NCBI GenBank assembly: GCA_038087875.1
Contig: CM075987.1
Span: 24,616,001-24,680,000, forward strand
DNA length: 64,000 nucleotides
Direction: 5' to 3'
DNA from: Malacoraja senta
Lineage: Eukaryota
Shown here: positions 1 through 11,694 of the stretch, in pieces
How the letters are laid out: every line of letters starts with the position of its first letter
How positions within the stretch are numbered: the stretch's first letter is position 1
The notes under the pieces: generated by a model
What the model saw: only the letters and a program-made list of their open reading frames with translations
Told to the model about the DNA's origin: nothing
Database searches by the model: none
Program-made: the position numbers and the translations under genes

Positions 1-502
1 CTATTGAGGGAGTGCAGCGTAGGTTTACAAGGTTAATTCCCGGGATGGCGGGACTGTCATATGCTGAGAGAATGGAGCAGCGGGGCTTGTACACTGGAGT
101 TTAGAAGGATGAGAGGGCATCTCATTGAAACATATCAGATTGTTAAGGGCTTGGACACGCTAGAGGCAGGAAACATGTTCCCGATGTTGGGGGAGTCCAG
201 AACCAGGGGCCACAGTTTAAGAATAAGGAGTAAGCCATTTAGAAAGGAAACGAAGAAACACTTTTTCTCACAGAGAGTGGTGAGTCTGTGGAATTCTCTG
301 CCTCAGAGGGTGGTGGAGGCAGGTTCTCTGGATGCTTTCAAGAGAGAGCTAGATAGGGCTCTTAAAAATAGCGGAGTCAGGGGATATGGGGAGAAGGCAG
401 GAACAGGGTACTGATTGGGGATGATCAGCCATGATCACATTGAATGGCGGTGCTGGCTCGAAGGGCCGAATGGCCTACTCTTGCACCTATTGTCTATTGT
501 CT
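1..502 (+). mobile_element. CR1-clade LINE, 3' fragment (ORF2 C-terminus, 3' UTR, (TATTGTC)n tail)
   Basis: ORF 61..414 has the CR1 C-terminal motifs (RRMRGHLIETY, SRTRGHSLRI, FFSQRVVSLWNSLP, FKRELD). 3' UTR is shared with other CR1 copies in the window. Confidence 0.9.
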
Positions 503-503
503 A

Positions 504-602
504 AGTCTGAAGAAGGGTCTCGACCCGAAATGCCACCCATTCCTTCTCTCCAGAGGTGCTGCCTGTCCCGCTGAGTTACTCCAGCATTTTGTGTCTATCT
601 TT
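504..602 (+). mobile_element. Penelope-derived short element (degenerate hammerhead core plus 3' segment)
   Basis: ctgaagaagggtctcgacccgaaa...gagttactccagcattttgtg, the same sequence as the 3' UTR of the GIY-YIG-bearing copy at 20007-20457. Confidence 0.75.
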
Positions 603-825
603 GGCCAAAACTGTAGCCCTTCCAGTGCACCTCAGGAACAGAAAGTAGGGTCCACATCTGTCCCTGTCACATACGCCTACAGCTGCAATCAGTTCCCAGA
701 AAATCTAGCGTACAAAATATTACCTCAGAGACATCTTCTGACAAATTCATACTCAGCATTACATTTTTCTCAGAATGGAAAAGAATTGAATGGAGGTCCC
801 ATTTATCAAAGAGTGAAAGTAAATT

Positions 826-1142
826 GGGGCGGCACAGTGGCGCAGCGGTAGGGTTGCTGTCTTACAGTGCTTACAGCGCCGGAGACCCGGGTTCGATCCC
901 GACTATGGGTGCTGTCTGTACAGAGTTTGAACGTTCTCCCCGTGACCTGCGTGAGTTTTCTCTGAGATCTTTGGTTTCCTCCCACACTCCAAAGATGTAC
1001 AGGTTTGTAGGTTAATTGGCTTGGTACAAATGTAAATTGTCCCCAGTGTGTGTAGGATAGTGCGGGGATCGCTGGTCAGTGTGGACTCGGTGGGCCAAAG
1101 CGCCTGTTTCTGCGCTGTATCTCTTATGTTGACTAAACTAAA
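826..1142 (+). mobile_element. tRNA-derived V-SINE (HE1-like)
   Basis: A-box tggcgcagcgg, B-box ggttcgatccc, V-domain-like gagtttg..cgttctccccgtg..ggtttcctcccacactccaaaga, CR1-like tail and (CTAAA)n end. Confidence 0.9.
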
Positions 1143-1855
1143 TGTGACAGGAGGAAACTGTGGTCTTAATGGTTGCCTTCGGTTGCATAAGATTTCTCCG
1201 TTCATTTTTTAATTCAATATTTCATCTTGGGATGGCAATGACTCCCTTTTTGTTGCTCATCGCAAGGAACTGGTGGTGAACTGCCTTCTTGAGAGATTGG
1301 ACTTAATTTGGAGCCAGTTCGATTTTGGCTGGGTGATGATGGATGATAGTTCCAGATCAGAGCGCTCTCCAATTTTGATGGAAAGATGGTGACATGCCCC
1401 CCTGCACCTTCTGCGTTCATTCAAAACACCAGAGGTAGCTAATTTGAAGATAGTTGGATTGTTGGCCAAAACTGTATCTTTGATGAACATGGCTGATCAT
1501 CCCCAATCAGTTCCTGCCTTCTCCCCATATCCCCTGACTGCGCTATTTTGAGATAGTCGGAAAGTTGGATTGAAAACTGCAGTTAGTGAAAGTCAGCGGC
1601 CACCGTGAGCCGCGAGTGGAGGGAATAGTAAGATTAAACGAGAACTTACCTAAGTTTGAAGTTTGATCTTTATTTTATGAGGAGTTACGTAGGTGATTAC
1701 GTGAAGAACCCCGCCAGTGCGCCTGCGCGTCAATCTTCAAAGCAGCGGTGTGAAATCACAAAAAACAACAACCGAAGTAATATAGTCTCATAATAAAACG
1801 AGTAATACAAGAACTTCCATCTGACCTTTATGATAAAGGGTAGGGTCGTGGTGGC

Positions 1856-1970
1856 CACGTAATCACCTACGTAACTCCTCATAAAATAAAGATCAAACTT
1901 CAAACTTAGGTAAGTTCTCGTTTAATCTTACTATTTTACTTCGGAGTCACGTGAAGCTGACTACGTGAAG
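1856..1970 (-). repeat. DIRS internal complementary region (ICR)
   Basis: 1856-1935 is the exact reverse complement of 1624-1703. 1933-1970 is the reverse complement of 6325-6360 apart from a 2-nt difference in length. Confidence 0.92.
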
Positions 1971-2136
1971 ATTTTAAAGCTTTGTGATTTCAATGCCGTG
2001 GATCAATCCCGGCTTCTCACTGCATAGATTGACTCGAACGAGATAACAATCATGCATTCATAATAACATTTGTACCACAAATGCAGTATTCATTTCAATA
2101 ATGAAATGAATCAGATCCCCTTTAAACCAGAGGAAT

Positions 2137-2999
2137 TTACACAGAACTTAAAATAGTTTCTGCAAACAACCCCGCATTAACAATAGGCCGATGGTAAAAA
2201 TGTTGAAACATCAACTCATTGGACCACCCGGCGGCTGCGAGGATATGGTCGACGGGGCCGTCTTTTGCCCTGGCCGCCGACGTTTCTGCTGCCCTAGCCA
2301 AGTGAGACGTAAAAACATAAGTGTTAATACCAGCAGCTGTTAAGACTTCTTTTATCCATCTGGAAATAGTCTGTATTGAAACTCTCTTGTGTGGTTTCTT
2401 GTGTGTGATCAACAACCCAGTTTCCGTATTCTCAAATTCTTTGTGACCTCAATGTATTGTAATAAATATGTCTTAATACAGAGACATGGATCATTTGGAT
2501 ATGCTGCTAGCATAATTTTAAATCCTGTCACACCTGGCCTAATTTACTTTAGTAGGTCATAGATATAGAATGTAACCTTGTCTTCAGTTACTTCCATACT
2601 GTCTATTTGTAATTTTCCAAGTGTTTGCACTCGTTGTGCTGTCACTCATGCCATAAGCATGAATACTTTCATACTGAGCTTGACCAAAGGTAAAGACACA
2701 CTTGATGACCATTCACGAAGTAGTTTCAGTACCACACTTACATCCCAGATTGTCACGTACCTAGGTTTCGGTGGTTTGGAATTAAAGATTCCTTTCATTA
2801 GTCTGGAAACAATTGGGTGTGACCCAATTGAGTTTCTTTCTGAATCCAGAACCAAATATGAGGACAATGCACTTCTGGCTGAATTAATTGCACTACAACT
2901 CAGACCTTCATCATAATAAAGTTTTGACAGAAATTCTAAACATTTGAAATATCTGCAGTACTTTATTGCACATTCTTTTGTACACAGAACTTTTCCCAT
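2137..2999 (-). pseudogene. DIRS tyrosine recombinase (frameshifted)
   Basis: SAINSARSALS..HPIVSRLMKGIFNSKPPKPRY..WDV in 2646..2999. TISRWIK..FTSH..RAA..ILAAAGWS...F..FY in 2137..2415 carries the YR C-terminal H-x-x-R, W and catalytic Y region. Confidence 0.88.
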
Positions 3000-3150
3000 T
3001 TCTTAATATAAGAAAGGTACTGTTTTTGAGTGCTCTTCCTCCCGGCTGCCGTAAGCATGTCCACAGGATGCTCAGACAGTCCTCGTCCCAGAAAAGGCAT
3101 TCTTAAAACCTGCAAATCATCAAATCCAAACGATGATATAATGGATGTTG

Positions 3151-3498
3151 TTACCCTGTTACAGGGTGCAGCAATAAATTACTCCTTTTTGGGACTTTCA
3201 TCAACATTTGTGTTGTTAATTCTAATATCAACAGATACCATGGCTGTATAGGCCAATCTGGTACTACCAATACCCTTGAAGCAGCATCTTGCCTGATTTT
3301 AAGCAAACATTGGCTTATGAGGCAGAAAGGTGGAAATATATATGAAAACATACCACCCCAATGTAGCGAGAAAGCATCAATCGCCACTGCTCCTGGATCT
3401 GGTTTCCATGAGACATATCTCGATAGCTGATGATTCAAGTCGATGTCAGTCATTCCAAATCTGATTACTATATCATTGAATACCTCTTGATTCAACAT
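3151..3498 (-). pseudogene. DIRS methyltransferase-like (MT) domain remnant
   Basis: AIDAFSLHWG..YIFPPF..VLVVPDWPIQPWY, the motif typical of the DIRS1 domain downstream of RNase H. Confidence 0.8.
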
Positions 3499-3663
3499 CC
3501 ATTCTTTATTATCATGGAACTTTTCGTGACCAGGTGTCTGCTATCGTGTTCATTCTACCTGGTAGATAGATAGCTGAAATCCAAATGTTCTTTTCAATAC
3601 ACCAAGATCGAAGTTGATTTAACCATTTTGTCACATGACACCGACTTAATTCCACCCATATCA

Positions 3664-4531
3664 TTAATATAGGCAACTACTGTTGTGTTTATTAATTTGA
3701 ACTTGAACCTTCCTTTTAGTTGTGTTAGAACCATAAGCTTGGAGTCCATAGAAACCTCCTAAAAGCTCCAAATAGGTAATTCCCCATGTCTGCAGTAACA
3801 CTAACTTTTCCTGATTCCATCTGCCTCCGCAGCTCCATGTTAAGTCAGTTGCACCCCATCCTAGTGCACTGGCATCAGTTTGTAATATCATGGAAGGTTG
3901 TTCAATCAGCACTTTGCCTGAACTGCTTGAGACATGTAGAATCCAACACTTCAGCTTAGAAACAGCATTTGTTGTTACTTGCATGGTTCTATCAAAATGA
4001 CCAGCATTTATTCTCAGTGCCTGTTCTTTAATTCTCTGCAGCTGTTGATAATGTAATGGTCCATACTGGACTGCTGGGAATCTACTAATTTTCCCAGTAC
4101 TCGAGCCACCTGTCTGATTAGAGGTTTTTGCTCGTTTAACAGATTACTGCAATCTTTAATCAACTCCACCCTTTTTTCACTGGGCAAAGTAATTTGCATT
4201 TGGGCTAAATCAATTGTGAACCCCAAATAATAATCGAGGTACATGTTTTTAACCTTGATTTCTTTGGATGAATTTAGAAACCCCCAAACTTTCAAAAGTT
4301 TGATTTTATTACTGCAACCGATGCTTCTGTTGACTGTTTTGTCCTTCCTATAATCAGGACATCATCCAGGTATGCCATTAGTACATGCCCCTGGCTCTCA
4401 GCAACCCCAGAATTGATTTTTATAAATATTCTGGAAGGGAACGTTAACCCTTTAGGCAGAGCTTTGAACTGCCCTAATTGGTTCATCCATGTACATTTAA
4501 AATACTTCATATCTTGCAAGTGAACAAACAC
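3664..4531 (-). pseudogene. DIRS reverse transcriptase / RNase H (frameshifted)
   Basis: QFKALPKGL..YLDDVLI (RT, 4292..4531), YLGFTID (4014..4295), QTDASALGWGA..ITYLEL (RNase H, 3664..3984). Confidence 0.88.
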
Positions 4532-4741
4532 TGAACAAAAGGATTCAGACTTGTCAAGTCTATAATAATCCTACATCCTCCATCCTTTTTTGATCGAGGG
4601 AATATATTTGACCCAAATTGGTGAATTTGGTAGACTGATTCTTTAATAACACCTTTTATATATAGGGTTTTGAAGCGCAACTTGAACCTCCATTACTTCG
4701 CAAAGTGGAAAGTTCTGCTAGGAACATGCTGGACAGGCAAA

Positions 4742-6150
4742 TCATAATTTGGATTGAAATCCTTGTATATTATTCAGAATTACCACATCTGAAGTAATCT
4801 TCTTCCAATGTTTATAGAAGAGACGTAATCTGCCTCCAACTTCTGGACTTAATCCAGTTAGTATGTTCCCCTGAGAACCAGGTCCACCTACCTCTTGAGT
4901 CATTTGAGTATTTTGAGATCCCTGGATTCTCCCGGAAGCACAACCACTTGTCCTTACTCCCGCTGCAGGCCGCCAGCTACGTCCCTGCGTTGATGAGCGA
5001 CTTGGTCCTGGTCTAGGATCCGTATGACATCTGAAAGGATACTTCCTCTTTACAGACTTTGCAACCATTGATGTATTTATCAATCCTGTTTTCGCTTCAT
5101 CTTCCAACTCTTTAATACGTCTCCCGAGATCTCTCCAAAGAGTAAGTTGGGTAATTGTATATTACTTGGTTTGCAGAGTGCTGCGAATTTCGGATTCATA
5201 GTAGACCGTATAGCACTTTCCTCAGATAATTGATCTCGAAGTGGGTGCTGCATAGCAACCCCAGTGCTTGCTGATGCAACTTCGTCATCTTTTGGTTGTT
5301 ACCTGCTATTCTGGTAAAAGCAGTTATTCCAGAACCCAGCAGCTTTAATATTCTCTGCAACTGATTCCAGATAATTTGATTCACTGCTGCTGCTTTCAGC
5401 AACCCACAGTTACTTCTTGCAGTCTCATCCATTTCCTGCTGTTCCAGCTAATGGTAAACCAAGTAATTTATTAAGGAGGCCAGTTCTTCTCCTAATGGCT
5501 CTCCTGACCCTGACGGGGCAGCGAATCCTACTGCCAGGGGTGGAACATCTGGCAGCTGCCGTTCATCGCCTTGTACAGCCTCACCGTCAGAGTCGGGGTC
5601 TGAAATCTCATGACCTGTAGCACGCTCCTCATTCCTGAGGGTGCATTCCATCAGCCCTGAGCCAGGTGCTGTTAAGCTGCTCCTGCAGCTTGGATTACAG
5701 TACACTCCTTCCTGAGTGAACTTTGCTCCAACAGCCTATGAAAAAGGCTTTCTATTTGGGCAATACGCTCGAAAGCAGTATCTAGCCCTGTACCAGGAGT
5801 TGTTTGAGCTGTTTCCAGCAGCTTGGCTTTCAGAACACTCCTCTCTGAGTGAACTTTGCTCCAACAGCCTATGTAAAAGGCTTTCTATATGGGCAATACG
5901 CTCGAAAGCAGTATCTAGCCCTGGAGCTTCTTCATTGCCTGGGACTCCCTCCGTTGGGATTTAAACTTTGTCTTTTGCCCGACAGGCACTGACTGTGTTT
6001 TCACCAGCCCCAGGTCCACAGTCGCTATGCTCACCGCTGGCGACTGTACCGGGGTTTAGAGGTGGTTGGTCTCTAACCGCGGACTCCCGACTTTCCCGAC
6101 TTCTGTCGGCTGTGTCGCACGCCTCTTCCCCCTGTCCGTTTTTTCCATGG
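4742..6150 (-). pseudogene. DIRS gag-like ORF remnants and start of pol
   Basis: Position upstream of RT. VGGRLRLFYKHWKKITSD (4742..5107) is typical of the DIRS pol N-terminus. Gag pieces are broken by frameshifts. Confidence 0.6.
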
Positions 6151-6629
6151 CGTCTGTGGAAAAAATCCCCATAGACCCACAGTAAACGGACCTGGAAAAC
6201 CTGTAAAAAAGTTTTTACTTACCTTGTAGTTGAAAAACTACAAACCACTCGAGGAGCACTGCTCCTCACGTCCGTTTGCGTCAAGGCGTCTGACGTAATG
6301 ACGCGCAGGCGCACTGGCGGGGTTCTTCACGTAGTCACTCACGTGACTCCGAAGTAAAATGATCGGTTTAGACCCGGCGAACAATAGGCAGACTGCTTCG
6401 TCTTGGCTTGAGCCAAACATCTTGTGCATTGTTGCAGTTGCTCTCATCAAAGCAAATGTGGTTTCTCATCAGAAGCCCAACATCTGGCTTGTAGCAAGTA
6501 GAAAGGCTTTGAGATGGAATGTACTTTTCACTCACAGCTGCAATCCAGTTACGTTTCCAGTCCACTGTGACCCCCTCGGAGTTTGGTGATAAGGAATTAC
6601 ACACCAACACATGAGCACACAGGGACGCA

Positions 6630-6935
6630 GGAGGATGAGGGCTGATCTTGTGGAGGTGTATGAAATCATGGGAGGAATAGACCGGGTAGATGCACGGAGT
6701 CTCTAGGTGAAGGGGAAAAGATTTAATAGGAATCTGAGGGGTAACCTTTTCACACAAAGGGTGGTGCGTGTATGGAACTAGCTGCCAGAGGAGGTAGTTG
6801 AGGCAGGGACTATGGGTAAGACAGGTTTGGAGGGACATGGGCCAAACACTGGCAGGTGGGACTAGTGTAGATGGGACATGTTGGGCAGTGTGGGCGGAAG
6901 GGCCTATTTCCATGAAGTAAGACTCTATGACTCTA
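6630..6935 (+). mobile_element. CR1 (HER1-like) LINE 3' fragment
   Basis: aggatgaggg..gatctt..gaggtgtat, acacaaagggtggtg, and tail gactctatgactct. Confidence 0.8.
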
Positions 6936-7159
6936 TCACTATGACACACAAGTTCCGGACGGCAGATTCTGGGACAATTAGGCACCACCTTTTATAAAGA
7001 TCATGGTTCATTTAATTATAATCTCAATTCTGCATTCTTTCTACCTTTTGTAATCTTTCATCCCCTTGCTTGTCAAGAATTTACCTCTGCCTTATACGTA
7101 AATACTCCACCATTCTTTGAGGAAGAATATTCCAACCCATTCCAACTCACACCCATGTA

Positions 7160-7752
7160 TCCAAGATGGCGGCCAAGCCAGGCGCCTCTTTGTGAGCTGG
7201 TCACAGAGTTGGACCTGCAATCACCCATTACAATCGCTCCACTCTTTTAAATCTATACTCCACCTGCAACATTTCTTACTTTAACCACTCATTCCCTTAT
7301 GGACCTGTCCCACTTACGTGTTTTTTTCGACGACTTGCTGGCACCCGTCATAGTCGCAGCAGGTCTCCGAAAATGTTCAACATGTTGAAAACCCAGCGGC
7401 GACCAGTACGACTGTTTGGGCGACTACTCGGAACCATACAGGCTTCACCCCGCGCGACATGTCACCAGGGTGTCGCCTGTATGGTCGTGAGTCGTCTCCT
7501 CAGTCGCCCAATGGGTCGTAGCGTCTTTCTGGTCGCCGCTGAATTTTCAACATGTTGAACATTTTCGCCGACCTAAGACGGGTGCCGGCAGTCACCGTAA
7601 AATGTGCGTAAGTGGGACAGGCCCATTATTCCCTTTATCATGTATCTGTGCACTGCGGACGGCTCGAGTGTATTGTCTTCCCGCTGACTGTTTAGCAGTC
7701 AACCGAAGCTTTTCTGTGTACCTCGGTACGCATGACAATAAACTAAACACAA
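7160..7752 (+). mobile_element. Short non-coding LINE-derived element (ccaagatggcg head plus LINE-type 3' tail), interrupted by a MITE
   Basis: A second, inverted copy lies at 24540-24717. The 3' tail (gtacctcggtacgcatgacaataaactaaac) recurs at 45710-45850 and 52980-53030. Confidence 0.6.
7300..7625. mobile_element. PIF/Harbinger-type MITE
   Basis: TIR tggacctgtcccactta / taagtgggacaggccca with TTA target duplication at 7297-7299 and 7626-7628. Confidence 0.85.
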
Positions 7753-7889
7753 ACTCATACTCACACTCACCTCACATACTTGGCCTCACCTCTGTCTTAT
7801 TTTATACAGTAATCCCAAATTTTAAATCTTCGCCCAAGATGACACAATCTCTCCACATCCAGCTGTCAAGACCCCTCAGTATCGTGCAT

Positions 7890-8210
7890 GTTTAGTTTAG
7901 TTTAGTTTAGAGATACAGCGCGGAAACGGGCCCTTCGGCCCAACGAAGCGGACCGACCAGCGATCCCCGCACATTAAAACAAGCCTACAATTTACACTTA
8001 TACCAAGTATGCAAACCCAAGCCACTTAACCTACAAACCTGCACGTCTTTAGACTGTGGGAGGAAACCGAAGATCTCGGAGAAAACCCACGCAGGCCACG
8101 GGGAGAACGTACAAATTCCGTACAGACAGCACCCGTAGTCGGGATCGAACCCGGGTCTGTGGCGCTACAAGCGCTGTAAGGCAGCAACTCTACTGCTGCG
8201 CCACTGTGCC
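7890..8210 (-). mobile_element. V-SINE (HE1-like)
   Basis: Reverse-complement copy of the 826-1142 family with (TTTAG)n tail. Confidence 0.9.
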
Positions 8211-8315
8211 ACACTTTTGATCGTCTTACTCTTCTGAACACCAGTGGATATAAAACAAGCCAGTGCAAGCTGCCCTGATAATGCAATCCTCTCATTTCAG
8301 GTATTGGTCTAGTAA

Positions 8316-8832
8316 AGCCCCTGTCCCTCTTACGTGTCTATGGCATTGCGTTGAGACTCTTCTTCAGTCTGAAAGAAGGGTCTTGACCCGAAACGTCACC
8401 CATTGCTTCTCTCCAGAGATGCTGCCGGTCCCGCTGAGTTACTCCAGCATTTTGTGTCCATCTTCAATTTTCTTGGCCCTGCTCTGGGAGTAGGAGTGGG
8501 GGCGGATCCGGATCCGCAACGGCCGTGAGCCCCAGGCCGAGCTCGGCGATGGTTTTCCTGCTTCTGCTGCTGTTGAAGGTGAGACGTTGCGTCACGCCAG
8601 TGTCTTGGGCCTGTCCCACTTTGGCCGTCAGTTACGCGACAGGCCGTTGGCGCGCAAAGATTTCGTTCGCTACAAAATTTCGGAGCGCCGCGCGATATCG
8701 CGCACAACTACATACCCCTCCGCGCTTCTCAGTGGGACCGGCCCCGCGCGGCCACACGATGCCCGTGCACCTCAACGCGACGACGAGGTCGAGTAATTTG
8801 CGTGCCAAGGACACGTAAGTGGGACAGGCCCT
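8316..8832. mobile_element. PIF/Harbinger-type MITE with internal TIR-like copies and a nested Penelope-derived piece
   Basis: agcccctgtccctcttacgtgtc / gacacgtaagtgggacaggccct with TAA on both sides. Internal gggcctgtcccact near 8607 and agtgggaccggccc near 8731. Confidence 0.7.
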
Positions 8833-8858
8833 TAATTCATCTGTCAACTGCTTCCTAA

Positions 8859-9387
8859 AGGCTCTGTCTCACGGTGTTGCGGTCATTGGCGGTGAAGCGC
8901 GGCATCGCCGGAAGAGGGGGCCGCACGGCAACCACGAGAGCGCCACACGGATGCTGCGCGGGGGCCGAGTGATCTCCGTACGGCCGGTTCCACGAGCTTG
9001 CGGCGTCGGGTGATGACGTCATCGCGCAACGCGATGCGCTACGCGATGCCGTCTTTCGGATCGCGGGGCTGTGGCGGCGGCCGTGCCGCACACCTGCCTC
9101 ACTGGCGGCGGCTGTGGCGGTGAAGGTTCGACTCACGGCGCTCGTGCCGCACTGGCGGCGGCTGTGGCGGTGACCGTGCCGCACTCGTGCCTCACTGGCG
9201 GCGGCTGTGCGGTAAGAAATTATTTTTCGATATTGTTGACTTTTTGTGAGCACCGTGCGGTGTTGGGACCAACGCAGCACGGCCTCGGCAGTGTGCGTTT
9301 GACCGAACCCGCGGTCTCTGGTGGTCCACGAGCGGTAGATACTTCCTGTATCACCGCCAATGACCGCAGACTCGTGAGACAGGCCTT
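8859..9387. mobile_element. PIF/Harbinger-type MITE, GC-rich interior
   Basis: aggctctgtctcacg / cgtgagacaggcctt with TAA target duplication at 8856-8858 and 9388-9390. Internal ggcggcggctgtggcgg repeats. Confidence 0.75.
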
Positions 9388-9462
9388 TAACCATTTACAT
9401 CCTTACTTAAATAAGGAGACCAATACAGCACACAATGGTCCATGAGGTCTCACAGATACCTT

Positions 9463-9795
9463 ACGTAACTCCCTCCCCCATCCTAGTTCCCCAACTAGTT
9501 TTTATGTCCTGATTAAATTTAACGGATTGTTCGCCTCGTGGTCACCTTCCCCTCAGCTAACAATGCACCATTCTACATTTCTTAGAAGCATCGTGCCCTT
9601 TGATCTGTGTTTTCACACCTTACCCTTCCATATCTCTGTGTCTTCCTCTCAGCTGACTCTCAGTCTGAAGAAGGGTCTCGACCCAAAACATCACCCATTT
9701 CTTCTCTCCAGTGATGCTGCCTGTCCCGCTGAGTTACTCCAGCTTCTTGTGTCTATCTTCAGAGTAAACCAGCATCTGCAGTTCCTTCCTACGCA
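9463..9795 (+). mobile_element. Penelope-like element 3' UTR / pseudo-LTR fragment
   Basis: Colinear with 20160-20457, which follows a GIY-YIG C-terminus. Confidence 0.75.
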
Positions 9796-10161
9796 TAAAC
9801 TGCCTCTTTTGTGTTCAATTCTTTTGCAACAAACAATAATATTCTGTTACCTTTCACAATACTGCATATCATCTGCTGATAGATTGTGATGAACATTTTA
9901 TATTGGAATGTAATGATGCTATTAGTTCCTGACGATGTTATCTTATCAGATGCTTAGCACATAAGTCTCAATTCCGCACAAATCTAGTAAAGATGCCAGA
10001 CTGAGTTTTATAGGAAGGCTGAATGTAATAAACCACATAAAAATTAGCTGCCGATCTCAAGCCAGTGATCACATTGCAATACAAAGAATACAGGTGTGAT
10101 TCTTAACTGCAAAAACGGGAATTGTCCTGAATTTGTTCTCATATGTCGATTCGTTTTAAAT

Positions 10162-10720
10162 GTGCTCGTGAGACCACTCCTGGAGTATTGTGTGCAGTTT
10201 TGGTCTCCTAATTTGAGGAAGGACATTCTTGCTAATGAGGGAGTGCAGAGTAGGTTCACGAGGTTAATTCCCGGGGTGGCGGGACTGACATCTGATGAAA
10301 GAATGGAACGACTGGGCTTGTGTTCGCTGGAATTTAGAAGGATGAGAAACATGTCAAATTCTTAAGGGATTTGACAGGCTAGATGCAGGAAAAAATGTTC
10401 CCCATGTTGGGGGAGTCCAGAACCAGGGTCACAGTTTAAGAATAAGGGGTAAGCCATTTAGGATTAAGATGAGGAAAAACCTTTTCACCCGGAGAGTTGT
10501 GAATCTGTGGAATTCTCTGCCACAGAAGGCAGTGGAGGACAATTCATTAGATTTTTCAGGAGAGAGTTAGATAGAGCTCTTAGTGCTAACGAATCAAGGG
10601 ATATGGGGAAAAGCAGGAACGGGGTACTGATTTTGGATGATCAGCCATGATCATATTGAATGGTGGTGCTGGCTCAAAGGGCCGAATGGCCTACTCCTAG
10701 ACCTATTTTCTATGTTTCTA
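10162..10720 (+). mobile_element. CR1 LINE 3' fragment
   Basis: VRPLLEYCVQFWSP..EGVQSRFTRLIPG, CR1 3' UTR and (TTTCTATG) tail. Confidence 0.88.
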
Positions 10721-10973
10721 TGACCCAAAACGTCCCTTATTCCTTTTATCCAGAGATGCTGTCTGAACTGCGGGATGACTGAATAAGTGTTGGTGGTAGA
10801 AACAAGGAACTGAAGATGGTGGTTTATAACAAAGATAGACACAAAGTGCTGGAGTACCTCAGCGGGTCAGGCAGCATCTCTGGAGAAAAAGGATGGGTGA
10901 CGTTTCGGGTTGGGACCCTTCTTTTGACAGACCCGAAAGGTCACCTATCCTTTTTCTCCAGAGAAGCTGCCTG

Positions 10974-11196
10974 ACAATAGACAATAGACAATAGGTGCAG
11001 GAGTAGGCCATTTGGCCCTTCGAGCCAGCACCGCCATTCAATGTGATCATGGCTGATCATCCCCAATCAGTACCCCGTTCCTGCCTTCTCCCCATATCCC
11101 CTGACTCCACTATCTTTAAGAGCCTTATCTAGCTCTCTCTTGAAAGTATCCAGAGAACCTGCCTCCACCGCTCTCTGAGGCAGAGAATGCCACAGA
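10974..11196 (-). mobile_element. CR1 LINE 3' fragment nested in a Penelope-derived element
   Basis: Reverse complement of the 290-500 sequence with (GACAATA)n tail. The host element resumes at about 11196. Confidence 0.85.
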
Positions 11197-11694
11197 CCCG
11201 CTGAGTTACTCCAGAATTTTGTGTCGAAGTGCTAATGGTATTTTGCTATGAATGAGATGTTGACTGGTTCTTTCAGGCGAAAGAGGCCATGACAATGTTC
11301 GAAGGACAGCAACAAACTTCCAACGAACAAAACTGTAACTGAAACGGCCTGCTTTCTCAGTGCAGGTTGTGTGCTCTCACTGTGAGCAAGGGGATCATGA
11401 CAGAAGCCTCCTCGTGGCGATCCCTGGAAGCGACGACGCCATGCACACTGTGACGCGTCGGGCGACAATTCTGTCAACATGTCGGACGACGACAGATGCC
11501 AACAGCGAGCTACATCGTCTGACACACCAACGAACGAACTGTGAGCAAAATGGCTGTCCCCTTTCCCGAGATGAAAACCATGACTCTATTGAGTGTAGAG
11601 CGATTCATGTTCTCCTGTGAGCCGAGAAGATTTCCTTTGATTTGTGTTTTCCCCCCAAAAAAGGTCAAACATGAAACACAAAACTTGGCCACGT

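Larger units (their letters stand above)
1624..6360 (-). mobile_element. DIRS1-type tyrosine-recombinase retrotransposon, full length, ORFs degraded
   Basis: Inverted terminal core 1698-1732 vs 6299-6333. Internal complementary region 1856-1970 is complementary to both termini. Minus-strand ORF remnants run in the order gag-like, RT, RNase H, MT-like, YR. Confidence 0.93.

Noticed and set aside
826..905. tRNA gene
   Set aside because: A/B boxes continue into V-domain and LINE tail in about 20 copies, so these are SINE heads rather than tRNA genes.
8855..9445. 179-aa and 124-aa GC-rich ORFs, or a CpG-island promoter
   Set aside because: They lie within a TIR/TAA-bounded MITE, and open frames are expected in GC-rich repeats.
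11232..11620. Overlapping short ORFs in unique sequence as a host exon
   Set aside because: No recognisable protein motif and no consistent splice-site pair.
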